The notes beneath the pieces are model-generated. The model saw only the letters and a list, made by a program, of their open reading frames with translations, had not been told where the DNA came from and searched no databases. 64,000 nt of DNA, from sequence record MG655270.1. One strand, 5' to 3'. The stretch's first letter is position 1. Every line of letters starts with the position of its first letter. Position numbers and translations under genes: made by a program. Positions 18,614 through 28,250 of this stretch are shown here, piece after piece.

Positions 18614-18949
18614 TCATTTTTTATTTGAGTTGTAGAGATCTCTAATAGATGACAGAAGTGAACTGTTTTCATCTATTAGAAGAATGTCCGTTGTAATGAC
18701 ATCCCATTTAAAGGGATTCATGATGTTGTTGATTCGCATAGTTAACCAATGCATGTGATAAGGAACGCCGTATTCCAGTAGTAGCATGCGAAAGTCACCA
18801 CGTTCTTCGTACTGTTCAAGAGGGGTAGGGGGAGTAAACTTAGTTGCATTCGCCCGAAGCAAATCGAGATGATGCACCAGGACCTGACGAAAGCCGTGAT
18901 CTTGAAACAGCTTATCGGTCGGGTGTTTGATTTCGTTGCTGACTCGCAT
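18614..18949 (-). CDS. Conserved small protein, possibly LysM/gpX-like baseplate component
   Basis: GDFRMLLLEYGVPYHMHWLTMRINNIMNP...ILLID resembles LysM-like tail X proteins (inference); followed on the minus strand by a hairpin + TTATGCCG element. Confidence 0.55.
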   Translation of the reverse strand: MRVSNEIKHPTDKLFQDHGFRQVLVHHLDLLRANATKFTPPTPLEQYEERGDFRMLLLEYGVPYHMHWLTMRINNIMNPFKWDVITTDILLIDENSSLLSSIRDLYNSNKK

Positions 18950-18973
18950 ATGCGTAAATACCTATACTTGTTT

Positions 18974-18987
18974 AAGCCTATATTATC
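18974..18987 (+). promoter_or_regulatory. Variant phage promoter upstream of the nvRNAP beta gene
   Basis: AAGCCTATATTATC, which resembles the phiKZ early consensus TATATTAC. Confidence 0.55.
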
Positions 18988-19019
18988 TCTTGGCAGTTAG
19001 GTTGATAAAAGGAATCATA

Positions 19020-21131
19020 ATGAGTCATATTACCGAGGCAAGTGAACTCTCTGCAGAGTTGTTAGGCAGTGTGTTATGTTTGAACCCAACCGTACATGGC
19101 GATAGCAGCCCACGTTCTGCTATGTTCGGAGGTCATGCAGGACAGGCCGTGACAATCGAGGGTAGCACGCCACGTATGTTAAAAACCGGGATCGAGTATG
19201 AGTACGGTCAACGGACCTTCAAGATTGAAGCGCCGTGTCAGATGCTCGTGATCGGTGTGATTAACCGTTTCGTCACCAACCACGTTGGTACTGGGGGTGT
19301 GAAAGAGAACCCTGAGAAATATGTGATCTATCAGAACTTAAGTGTAAATACGCCTACACCGACGTTTGGCATTCTGTGTATTCCGACCTATCACACACGC
19401 AACCACGCATTAGGGTTTAAGTATGTGATGGACAAGAAAGCAATTAACCGTTTGTACAGTGTTGATGGTAAGGCGTATATCGAAAAGGGTGTGATCTTTG
19501 CCCGTTCCCCTAACTTGACCGAAGGTGGCGATTATAAGTACGGTCGTGAAACCAACGTAGCATTTATGTCATTACCGGAAGTCGAACAGGACGGAATGGT
19601 GGTAACAGAAAGCTTCGCACAAGCCATGGCCTGTACCAAGATCGAAAGCCGTATCGCACAGTGGGGCGATGATCAGGTGTTGTTGAACCTGTATGGCGAC
19701 GATGAGAACTACAAAGCGTTTCCGGATATCGGCGATAAGATTCGTGAAGATGGGATGTTGTTTGCGGTACGTAAGATCATGCCAGGTACTGGCATTGTCA
19801 ATCTGACCCCAAAAGCCCTTCGTACTTACGATCCGAACTTCGACTATCCGCAGTATGCTGAAGCCGGTGCCACGGTAGTGAACGTCCAGGTGAACTCGGA
19901 CCGCATGCGTACAGGACGTACTGATGTGCAGTTCTATGATAAACAAGCTGAACGGTATGAACGTGCAGCGCGTGAGTTCTCCAAGTCTCTGCGTAAGATC
20001 TACGACGACCTCTATCGTACGTATGGTCACGGTATGATTCTGGAACCTGAACTCAACCGGATGGTCACGGATGCCATCTCAGATACCGGTGGCATGGATC
20101 GCAAGATGAATAATCAAGGACAGATTATCAGCGTGGACAAAGGCACACAGGTCTATAACAAAGTCCCGATTGGTGACTGGCGTGTGAAGATCACCTTTGT
20201 TAAACGGATTGAAGCCGGCGTGCGCTTTAAGATCACCGATACCCATGGCGGTAAAGGCGTTATCGTAAACGTGATTCCTGACGCCGATGCGCCGACCGAT
20301 GATTACGGTAACCGGGCGGATGTGATCATGGATGATGTGTCGATCACCAAACGTATGAACCTGGGTAAGCCAACCGAGCAGTATATCAACGGTGCATCAG
20401 TATATGCAGCGAAGATTGCACGCCAGATGGCAACCAGCGGGGATCTGGATGGTGCCTGGAATCACCTCATGAGCTATTACCATGCGGCCGCGTATGAGCA
20501 ATGGGAAATGATGCAATCACCGACGTACCTGGATAACAAACCGAATCGCGATCATCATGTGCGTTGGGTGTGTGATCATGGTATTGAGTTGTTTGCACCA
20601 ACTGACCGTCGCTACTTCGGGGCCGAGCAGGTACGGCGTATCATGAAGGAGCATGACTTCCCGGTTACACCCGTGACGTATCGTGCACCTGATGGGCGTA
20701 TGGTCCGTACGCGTGATCCGGTGGTGATTGCACCGATCTATATCATCCTGCTGGAAAAGATGGGCGAATACTGGGCGTCGTGTGCGATTCCAAAACTCAC
20801 ACACTTCGGTACACTCTCATCCTTAACACAGGCGGATAAGTTTGCGTTGCCGTGGCGTAACACTCCAACCCGTTTCGGTGAGTCTGAGTTGCGTCTGTTC
20901 TTAGCAGCGTGTCGTGGCTATTATGCGAACCGTTTGCAAAGCATGGCTAACACTCCGGCGATGCAGAAGGAAGCTGCATTGATGTTCTTGCGTCACGATA
21001 CACCAATGAACATCCCGAACGTGATTGATGAAACGAAGACACCACTGGGGCGTGCACGTCCACTGCAGATGTATAAGCATAACCAGGGCTGTCGTGGTAT
21101 TGAATTTGAAACAACCGTGTTAAATAAATAA
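19020..21131 (+). CDS. Non-virion RNA polymerase beta subunit, C-terminal half (phiKZ gp71-73-like)
   Basis: DSSPRSAMFGGHAGQA, QDG-like EQDG, KITDTHGGKGV (RHGNKG-like), RMNLG and RFGESE motifs. Start at ATG 19020 after AAGGAA. Confidence 0.92.
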   Translation: MSHITEASELSAELLGSVLCLNPTVHGDSSPRSAMFGGHAGQAVTIEGSTPRMLKTGIEYEYGQRTFKIEAPCQMLVIGVINRFVTNHVGTGGVKENPEKYVIYQNLSVNTPTPTFGILCIPTYHTRNHALGFKYVMDKKAINRLYSVDGKAYIEKGVIFARSPNLTEGGDYKYGRETNVAFMSLPEVEQDGMVVTESFAQAMACTKIESRIAQWGDDQVLLNLYGDDENYKAFPDIGDKIREDGMLFAVRKIMPGTGIVNLTPKALRTYDPNFDYPQYAEAGATVVNVQVNSDRMRTGRTDVQFYDKQAERYERAAREFSKSLRKIYDDLYRTYGHGMILEPELNRMVTDAISDTGGMDRKMNNQGQIISVDKGTQVYNKVPIGDWRVKITFVKRIEAGVRFKITDTHGGKGVIVNVIPDADAPTDDYGNRADVIMDDVSITKRMNLGKPTEQYINGASVYAAKIARQMATSGDLDGAWNHLMSYYHAAAYEQWEMMQSPTYLDNKPNRDHHVRWVCDHGIELFAPTDRRYFGAEQVRRIMKEHDFPVTPVTYRAPDGRMVRTRDPVVIAPIYIILLEKMGEYWASCAIPKLTHFGTLSSLTQADKFALPWRNTPTRFGESELRLFLAACRGYYANRLQSMANTPAMQKEAALMFLRHDTPMNIPNVIDETKTPLGRARPLQMYKHNQGCRGIEFETTVLNK

Positions 21132-21138
21132 GGGGTGT

Positions 21139-23109
21139 GTGATGCAAAGCTATCATTGGCGTGATCTGTTGTCGATGTCTGAGGAGCAGATTTGGCAACT
21201 TGATCCTGCAATCAACAACCCAATCATTGAAGTGGTGGCAGAGGATGCCACCTTCAAGATTCCTGCCCGGCAGGTTATCGGTAGCTGGTATTGCTGGCCG
21301 TTTCAAAAGCTCTATCGCAACATGGTGTTGTGTAAGCGTCATTTCATCACAGCGTTTCGTCTGTCGAACAAAACCATCCTGGGGATCATGACCAACGGCT
21401 ATCGTGATTATGATGCGATGATGAACGGCACTATCTTAGATGTCGTGGCATTAAACAGCTTGATTGCGAAAACGGCGAACCGCATTAACAATGCGTTTGT
21501 TACCAAGATCCCGGAGTATGTCACGACCTCGGGCATGAAGCAGTATATTGAAATCGTGGATGACCCTGAGTTTAAAGCGATTCGTGATGCAATGGAACCT
21601 AACCAGAACTCGATTCGTGATGGTTATGATGCGTCACTAAAACTGCTGATGGACCCGAAGAAGTATGTCGGTAATCAGGTGGCGGAGTATGTGAAGCAAG
21701 GATCAGCATCAGCAGGTCAGGCATTACAATGTCTGGTGGTGCGTGGTTATCTGACTGACCATAACTCGCGTATCTTTGTTAAGCCGGTCATGGGTAACTA
21801 TGTCGAAGGGCTGGGTAAGTTCTACGACTCGTTCGTGGAATCACGCTCAGCAACCAAAGCGGCGTTGTTTACCAAGAAACCCCTGGAAGACTCCGAATGG
21901 TTTAACCGTAAAATGCAGTTGGTTGCACAAGCGGTGCAGAAGATCCATCTGGGGGAAGATTGTGGGTCGACGATAACAGTGCCTATTGTTATGCGTCGTG
22001 GCTGGGCAAGTGCGATGGCCGGTACGTATTATCTGGATGATGATGGATCGTACAAAATGATCACGGAAGAGGACAAGCATCTGGAGAACCGGTTACTCAA
22101 TATCCGCTCTCCGATGTATTGTAATCATCCTGACCGTACCGGTATCTGTGAGCGGTGTTATGGGAAGTTAGCGGTATCCATTCCGTACTTCAATGTCGAA
22201 GGGAAAGTTGGGGATAACCAGGTGATCGTGGGGCACGTCAGTGCAACAGAAATCGGTGAGGATCTCTCACAGAAGATGCTGTCAACCAAACACCTTGACA
22301 CGTCCTCGACGGTAGACCCGTTTGCTATTCGTCGTGCCGATGCGTTGTATGTGAAACCAGGCTTGCGTGAAAACGCCATTCGCCTGAATCCACGTCTGCG
22401 TAATGAAAAGGTCACGATGAAGGTATCTTTCGACAAAACTACCGCATTATCTGATATCGCAGTTGCCGAAAACTTAGATGAAGTAGCAACGCGTGTTTCC
22501 GGTTTCAATGAGATCGTGCTGGAGTTTGAGCGTGAAGATGGGGGTAAAGAGTCTATCCCAATCAACACCACCCAGGGTTCTCGTCAGGGTCAGTTCACTG
22601 TCGACTTCCTGCGTTACTTGCAGCGCGTAAGCTGGACGAGTGCGGACAAAGATTATATCTCTATCCGTCTGGATCAATTTGAATATGATTGCGATGTGGT
22701 TGAATTGCCGTTAGTGCATGAAGACATGATGGCGTATCAGAAGCAGATTGAATCCTACATCCGTTTCAGTAAGGAATCAGCGAACTGGAAAAACAAGTTT
22801 GTCACGCCGGATGAAGTGGGTGTGGTGCTGGATGAGTTCTTCTCGTTACTGCGTCAGCGTTTGGGTGTGAACATTGTTCATGCACAGATCATGCTGTATT
22901 CAGTGATGACCATGGACCCAGCCAAAGGCGACTATCGTCTTCCGCGGGCGTATGAACCACGGCAGTTCTCTTCCTATCACGAATGTATCGAGTACCGTTC
23001 TCTCTCGGTCCAGCTCGTGTATCAGGAACAGGCTGCGGTGATGCTGAAGCCGTCCACTTTCCTTAATGACAAACGACAACCGCACCCGATGGATGAAATC
23101 TTCAAATAA
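21139..23109 (+). CDS. Non-virion RNA polymerase beta' subunit, C-terminal half (phiKZ gp74-like)
   Basis: Bridge-helix-like ESRSATKAALFTK..., EDCG, C..PD..GIC..CYG Zn site and trigger-loop-like QKMLSTKH. Confidence 0.92.
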   Translation: MMQSYHWRDLLSMSEEQIWQLDPAINNPIIEVVAEDATFKIPARQVIGSWYCWPFQKLYRNMVLCKRHFITAFRLSNKTILGIMTNGYRDYDAMMNGTILDVVALNSLIAKTANRINNAFVTKIPEYVTTSGMKQYIEIVDDPEFKAIRDAMEPNQNSIRDGYDASLKLLMDPKKYVGNQVAEYVKQGSASAGQALQCLVVRGYLTDHNSRIFVKPVMGNYVEGLGKFYDSFVESRSATKAALFTKKPLEDSEWFNRKMQLVAQAVQKIHLGEDCGSTITVPIVMRRGWASAMAGTYYLDDDGSYKMITEEDKHLENRLLNIRSPMYCNHPDRTGICERCYGKLAVSIPYFNVEGKVGDNQVIVGHVSATEIGEDLSQKMLSTKHLDTSSTVDPFAIRRADALYVKPGLRENAIRLNPRLRNEKVTMKVSFDKTTALSDIAVAENLDEVATRVSGFNEIVLEFEREDGGKESIPINTTQGSRQGQFTVDFLRYLQRVSWTSADKDYISIRLDQFEYDCDVVELPLVHEDMMAYQKQIESYIRFSKESANWKNKFVTPDEVGVVLDEFFSLLRQRLGVNIVHAQIMLYSVMTMDPAKGDYRLPRAYEPRQFSSYHECIEYRSLSVQLVYQEQAAVMLKPSTFLNDKRQPHPMDEIFK

Positions 23110-23117
23110 GTAAGAGG

Positions 23118-24671
23118 TTGGCGATGCGCAATACTGCGACAATCACTATCAATAGTCACGGCTTTACAGTCTCTGATTATAATAGTGAGTTCTACGAGAA
23201 GTTGAAGTTGTATTGCGCTCGTTTTGTCAAAACAAAAATGGTCTCTAAGGTCGTCCATGGACGGAGGATCTTGGCTAAAGAAAATGACCGTGTTTTTGCG
23301 AGCGCTCTAAGCAACCGTCGAGAGATCCGCTTTCACATCAACTGCTATGAAGAGTTCAAACGTCATATGCAGCAGTGGGGATATAATGTCTCCCGCTTTA
23401 AGGAAGTGCGAACACCAATTCCAGAAGGCAAAGATGCTAACTTCGAATTCAAGTTCGAAGGTGTGCAGCCCCGTGAGCATCAAGTGGAATGGTTGGAGTA
23501 CCAGTTAAATAAAGACCAGGGTGAAGTCACCACAAAGATCAATACCTTGCAAACCGGTAAGGGAAAGAGCTTCTGCGGTATTTACAACATGGTCAAGCTG
23601 GGAAAAGTAACGGTCATTGTCATCATGCCAAAATACATCAATACGTGGATTGTGGCGCTGAATGACTTTGTCAAGTTAGGTGAGAAAGATATCATGGTGG
23701 TGCAAGGCTCGGGTGAACTCAACGGCTGCATGAAGTTGGCTGAAGAAGGTAAGCTTGAATCCCGCATCATTATCATCAGTCTCCCCACCTTCCAATATTA
23801 CATGTCGGAGTATGAAGATAACAACGGCGTGATGACGCATTACAACTACACACCTGATCAATTCTGGGCGATGATCCAACCCGGGTTTCTCATTGTCGAT
23901 GAAGGCCATGAGTCAATCCACGCGCTGTTCAAGTTCGACCTTTACACCCATGTCAAAAATAAACTGGTACTCTCGGCCACCCTTGAGGCGGATGACCAGT
24001 TTATTAACGACATGTACTTTGTCATCTACCCGAATAAAATCAGGTTCCGTGGCGGCGAGTATGATAAGTACATCGAAGCGATTGCCTTGATGTATGGACT
24101 GGTGAGTAATAAGAAGGTCAAGACCAAAGGCTTCGGCGGGACGTATAACCACGTCAAGTTTGAGCAAAGCATCATGAAAGACAAGCAGCTGTTGAAGACG
24201 TACCTTACGCTCATCAACAAAGTGTTCTCCTTCTTCTTTATTAAAGTGAAGGAACCCGAACAACGCTGCCTCATTTATTGTGCCACGGTCGAGATGTGTT
24301 TGTACGTGACGGATTATCTGAGCAGTATTCATGATACCCTGATCGTGCGTAAGTATACCCAGGAAGACCCGAAAGAATCGTTGTATGAATCTGACGTGAG
24401 TGTTTCGACACTGAAGTCAGCCGGTACCGGTGTGGATATCCCAGGACTCCGCACTTGCATCATGACGATCGCGATTGGGTCACGGCAAGCCAGTGATCAG
24501 GCATTGGGACGACTGCGGCGGTTGAAAGACTACCCGGACACCATCCCGACGTTTGTTTACTTCGCCTGCACGGGTATCGAAGCACACATGAAATACCACA
24601 GCAAGAAACTCGAACTCTTCCCAGTGAAGACGTTGAGTCTGCGTGAGGTGAACAGCGGCTTCTCGTTATAA
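23118..24671 (+). CDS. Superfamily 2 (DExH) helicase (phiKZ gp75-like)
   Basis: Motif I QTGKGKS, II DEGH, III SAT, V GTGVDIP and VI QALGRLRR. Confidence 0.92.
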   Translation: MAMRNTATITINSHGFTVSDYNSEFYEKLKLYCARFVKTKMVSKVVHGRRILAKENDRVFASALSNRREIRFHINCYEEFKRHMQQWGYNVSRFKEVRTPIPEGKDANFEFKFEGVQPREHQVEWLEYQLNKDQGEVTTKINTLQTGKGKSFCGIYNMVKLGKVTVIVIMPKYINTWIVALNDFVKLGEKDIMVVQGSGELNGCMKLAEEGKLESRIIIISLPTFQYYMSEYEDNNGVMTHYNYTPDQFWAMIQPGFLIVDEGHESIHALFKFDLYTHVKNKLVLSATLEADDQFINDMYFVIYPNKIRFRGGEYDKYIEAIALMYGLVSNKKVKTKGFGGTYNHVKFEQSIMKDKQLLKTYLTLINKVFSFFFIKVKEPEQRCLIYCATVEMCLYVTDYLSSIHDTLIVRKYTQEDPKESLYESDVSVSTLKSAGTGVDIPGLRTCIMTIAIGSRQASDQALGRLRRLKDYPDTIPTFVYFACTGIEAHMKYHSKKLELFPVKTLSLREVNSGFSL

Positions 24672-24755
24672 ACTGACTGTGTAAAAGACCAGGGGGCTTA
24701 CTCCTTGGTCTTTTATGCTTTCTTTCCTTTTCTTTTTGTTAAGGATACACAGCTT

Positions 24756-25082
24756 ATGAATGGTAACCGGCCAGTAATGGTGATTGGCGGCATGGGGTTG
24801 AGTCCTGCATTGATTGAGCGCTTACGACAGTTAGACGACCTGGAGATCAAATTGGTGGCCGATGTGGCAATCAGCGATATCCTGGAGTTTGAACCGGGTT
24901 ATGCTCGCGGATTGGTTCAGGCGATTCAGCATCAGCAACAACGTGAGTGGAATCCCTTCCGGGAAAGCTACTGGGATAACTTCATTACCCTGCGACGTAA
25001 AGAAGTCAACGGACATACCCGCATTCCTCCCAAGAAAGCCACCTGCAGCTCCCGTCGTAAGGGACGGAGGTTCAAGGGATGA
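24756..25082 (+). CDS. Hypothetical protein with basic C-terminus
   Basis: RBS AAGGA; ends RRKGRRFKG. Confidence 0.65.
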   Translation: MNGNRPVMVIGGMGLSPALIERLRQLDDLEIKLVADVAISDILEFEPGYARGLVQAIQHQQQREWNPFRESYWDNFITLRRKEVNGHTRIPPKKATCSSRRKGRRFKG

Positions 25083-25402
25083 GTGAGATCGATTATCGTG
25101 CATTGAAGTATTGTGTTACCAAGGTTAGTCGGCGTATCCGCGACGGGGATTCCCGTAACGCGTCACGTTGCCTCTTCCAGTATGTTGAGACGCACGCCGC
25201 ATTACAAGACATGGCCGCCATTGATCGTCTTTTAGCACAGTGCCGAGAAAATAAGGTACCCCTAAAAGAGATCAACAAAGTCTCGTTACTGCGTGCATGC
25301 TCATGTTTACGCCCCCACCTTACAGAGTATCAGTCGTGCATGGACCTGTGGCGCCAGGACATTAAAGCGGCGGGTATGGAAAACTTATTAATAGGATTGT
25401 GA
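25079..25402 (+). CDS. Hypothetical protein
   Basis: ATGA overlap; 107 aa. Confidence 0.65.
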   Translation: MSEIDYRALKYCVTKVSRRIRDGDSRNASRCLFQYVETHAALQDMAAIDRLLAQCRENKVPLKEINKVSLLRACSCLRPHLTEYQSCMDLWRQDIKAAGMENLLIGL

Positions 25403-25403
25403 T

Positions 25404-25766
25404 ATGTCTGATTATTGTGCGGATATCTTTAAAGCGATCAGTTGCAAAACCCCCACCAAAGGCAGTGAACTCTACATCGATGATTTCGGTGATCTGTGGA
25501 TGTTGATTCCCAAGCTTAACCGCTTCGGTGAGCAGTCAGTGTTTCGTCAGTATGCTGGTAACCTTGCGTTGATGGCTGACCGCGGGCAGATGTATCAGGG
25601 TCAGTTATATGTGTGTGAGTTGATCCCGGGATATCACTTGGTGTTAACCAACCAAGCCGTGATGGTCAACCAATACAGCCTGGTGCAGTATGTGAAGACC
25701 CGTGCTGCGAAAGTGGAAGCGCGCTACCGTAAGAAACCCAAGCCGATGAGCCGAGCTTACGCGTAA
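25404..25766 (+). CDS. Hypothetical protein
   Basis: RBS AGGA; 120 aa; basic tail. Confidence 0.65.
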   Translation: MSDYCADIFKAISCKTPTKGSELYIDDFGDLWMLIPKLNRFGEQSVFRQYAGNLALMADRGQMYQGQLYVCELIPGYHLVLTNQAVMVNQYSLVQYVKTRAAKVEARYRKKPKPMSRAYA

Positions 25767-25796
25767 GCAACCTGACTGACAAGAAAGGATAGACCT

Positions 25797-26306
25797 ATGT
25801 TCGAATGGTTCTCTGTGTTATTGATGAAGTGGTTGACCCGAAAGGAAAAGAAACACAACAGGGCAGTGCGGGTAGAACCGGTGGTGTTTGAACCGCAACT
25901 CAAACCCACCCCGCAGCCGTTGAGTAACGCGTTAAAAGAAGAAGCGCAGCAGATTCGGGACACCCTGCTGTTTGAGTCGCCGTTGAATAAATCCCGACCG
26001 ATCCCGACCAAACCCACCTTACGGGTAGTAAGACCCAGTACAAGCTCATCACGCCCACACGGTAAGGCGAACGATGACAGCATGCTAACACATGCCTTAT
26101 TGATGCAGCAGGTGTTAGCAGACGATACAGCGCCGTCTGATCGTCATCATCGTACCCATGCCCCTCAGGATAACCACCGCCATGAAGACCGACCCTCGTA
26201 CCATTCCACGCCCACTCATCATAGCAGCCCTGGTAGTAGTCGCGATGATGATAACGGGAGTAATGATTACAGTAGCGGACCTAGTGACAGCGGTTCGTCT
26301 GATTAA
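25797..26306 (+). CDS. Hypothetical protein with His/Ser/Asp-rich disordered tail
   Basis: RBS AAGGA; a short hydrophobic helix (MLTHALLMQQVL) followed by an S/D-rich tail. Confidence 0.7.
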   Translation: MFEWFSVLLMKWLTRKEKKHNRAVRVEPVVFEPQLKPTPQPLSNALKEEAQQIRDTLLFESPLNKSRPIPTKPTLRVVRPSTSSSRPHGKANDDSMLTHALLMQQVLADDTAPSDRHHRTHAPQDNHRHEDRPSYHSTPTHHSSPGSSRDDDNGSNDYSSGPSDSGSSD

Positions 26307-26345
26307 CACCTTCGATTAACCTTACGTAATAAGGAACGCCTCACC

Positions 26346-26585
26346 ATGACAGATCCCCACCCCATTCTCGCCGCAGCCATCGGAGAGCCCCAGGATGACG
26401 ATTACTGGGACTTTCCGGGCGAGACTGTTGTTGGTCACGGTGATCTGATGTACACCAATATCCATAAACCCCAAGCATTATGGAACGGTGTTATTCGGTC
26501 ACTGCAAAAACGTTTCCTTACCGAACCACCGAACACCCAAAAGGAACAGCATCATGTCGCACAAGAACCGCGCCCCTCAAATTAA
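26346..26585 (+). CDS. Hypothetical protein
   Basis: RBS AAGGAA; 79 aa. Confidence 0.55.
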   Translation: MTDPHPILAAAIGEPQDDDYWDFPGETVVGHGDLMYTNIHKPQALWNGVIRSLQKRFLTEPPNTQKEQHHVAQEPRPSN

Positions 26586-27348
26586 GTTAACCGGCATCAG
26601 AGATGGCGAAAATGACGTCTATATCCCCGTGGCTGGATTAGGTATTGCTAATGCCGCTGGAATTACGTACGACCCCACCGCAATTAGTAGTGCGCTGGAT
26701 AAGCTTCGAACTGACAGGCGTTATTTCGATAATTTGCAAAGCCATCCGTATTATCAGCAGAACCTGTTTACGAAATACATTGGTCTGATACCTGATGACG
26801 CTGATTATCGCGGCACACCTGTTCAACGCCATCCGTTCATGCGTGAGATGGCATTGCGGTTTGGCATCGCGCTGGAATCAGTCAGACTCAACTCCCATCG
26901 TCAGACCGGTAAATCGAATTTCATGTACTACCGCATGGTGCAGTTCCACAACCATTATCTGCAGGAAATGACCGATATAAAGGCAAGCAAGCCGATCCCT
27001 ATTGACCTTACCCGTTACCTGAAATTAATAACCGGTAAGGATTTCTGGGAGAAGCCTGGCGTGGGTGCATGGGGTAGTGAGTTTACCGAACTCTATTTTC
27101 ATAGACACCAGGCAGGTAGTGGTGGTAAGTCAATGTTCTACAACATGCTGCCGAGAATCAAACTGCATCTGGCTGGTATTCACGCAACTCTCGGTGGTCG
27201 ACCGTGGATCTACCACAATGTTGTCAGTCGTGGTCCTGCAGGTTTCTGGCCAGCCACAATAGAGTACGGTATGGCAAGCAACGGCCCGGCTATGACTGCT
27301 CAGCTTAACCGTGAGCGTATGATCAAACCTAAGAAAGGGAGAGCATAA
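26554..27348 (+). CDS. Hypothetical protein with P-loop-like motifs
   Basis: Start at ATG 26554 after AAGGAA; contains HRQTGKS and AGSGGKS. Confidence 0.65.
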   Translation: MSHKNRAPQIKLTGIRDGENDVYIPVAGLGIANAAGITYDPTAISSALDKLRTDRRYFDNLQSHPYYQQNLFTKYIGLIPDDADYRGTPVQRHPFMREMALRFGIALESVRLNSHRQTGKSNFMYYRMVQFHNHYLQEMTDIKASKPIPIDLTRYLKLITGKDFWEKPGVGAWGSEFTELYFHRHQAGSGGKSMFYNMLPRIKLHLAGIHATLGGRPWIYHNVVSRGPAGFWPATIEYGMASNGPAMTAQLNRERMIKPKKGRA

Positions 27349-28250
27349 TGGCTTTAGATCAAGAGTATTACGAAAAGGCATTAGCGGTGCTCGCTTCCAA
27401 AGGTTTCCCTGATAAGGAAGCAGACGAAATTGCCACAACCCTTTCTGTCTATCTGCCTATGCGATTCATCAAGGCTGGTGAATGGGCGCTGTTGTCACAG
27501 GACGTGACACCCGTTAACTCGTTGGCGCTCAAGCACCTGGAGTTACTCGAAAGAATTCCTGAGTTAAAGAAGCCCATGATTCTTAAGATGCCGACCGATT
27601 TCACCTACACAACCTACGGTCAGGAGTATTGTCCAGGTGCCGATGCACCCGTATACAAAACTGGCCCTGATGGTTACACACATCACCCGGTAGGCTGGGA
27701 AAGTGGAATTACTGGTGTGACGGGTATTTCTGGCGAGGATGGTGTTGAAATTGGCGGTGTTAAACCTGTACGTCATGATTTCAAATACGCGTTACCACCC
27801 GAGCTCGGTTTACCGAAGGGTGTAACACCGGAACAAGCTAATTATCTGAAGCTTCATGACCTCAGTGATATCGAGGGGATCAAGCGGGCTTATCCAGATA
27901 TAGATGAAGAGACTGCTCAAAGTCTGTCGGCTATGCAGCGTAAGATCGACCAACGTTTAGGGCGTGCACATCGTGAAACACGCAACTCTGAAATGCTTGG
28001 TCAGCGGGCTCAGCAGCAGTATCGTGGTAGCTTGTTTGAGAAGTTCTTGATTGACGAACCGATCGGTGAACCTAAAGGCATGACCGTCAAGATCATGACG
28101 CACTCCATTCGCAACTTCGGCCACGGGTTACAAATCAGCACACCGTTGTTTGGCCAGAGTCATAAATCTCCAACGGGCCCACAAACTATGCCGGGTCTTG
28201 AAAAGGGACGTAATGGCCACGGCAAGCGTAAAAAGAAAGGTAAACGATGA
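27348..28250 (+). CDS. Hypothetical protein with basic C-terminus
   Basis: TAATG overlap; RBS GGGAG; ends GKRKKKGKR. Confidence 0.75.
   Translation: MALDQEYYEKALAVLASKGFPDKEADEIATTLSVYLPMRFIKAGEWALLSQDVTPVNSLALKHLELLERIPELKKPMILKMPTDFTYTTYGQEYCPGADAPVYKTGPDGYTHHPVGWESGITGVTGISGEDGVEIGGVKPVRHDFKYALPPELGLPKGVTPEQANYLKLHDLSDIEGIKRAYPDIDEETAQSLSAMQRKIDQRLGRAHRETRNSEMLGQRAQQQYRGSLFEKFLIDEPIGEPKGMTVKIMTHSIRNFGHGLQISTPLFGQSHKSPTGPQTMPGLEKGRNGHGKRKKKGKR

Noticed and set aside
17425-18672. 415-aa minus-strand His/Leu-rich ORF
   Set aside because: Antisense shadow of the CAG/ATG-rich low-complexity repeats of the plus-strand gene; no RBS and implausible composition.
423-23109. Group I introns, inteins or homing endonucleases in the RNAP genes (present in some phiKZ relatives)
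   Set aside because: All RNAP ORFs are continuous, with no visible intein or HNH/LAGLIDADG insertion.
26554-27348. Terminase large subunit call from RQTGKS
   Set aside because: Too short (264 aa), with no Walker B or nuclease domain, and not in packaging context.
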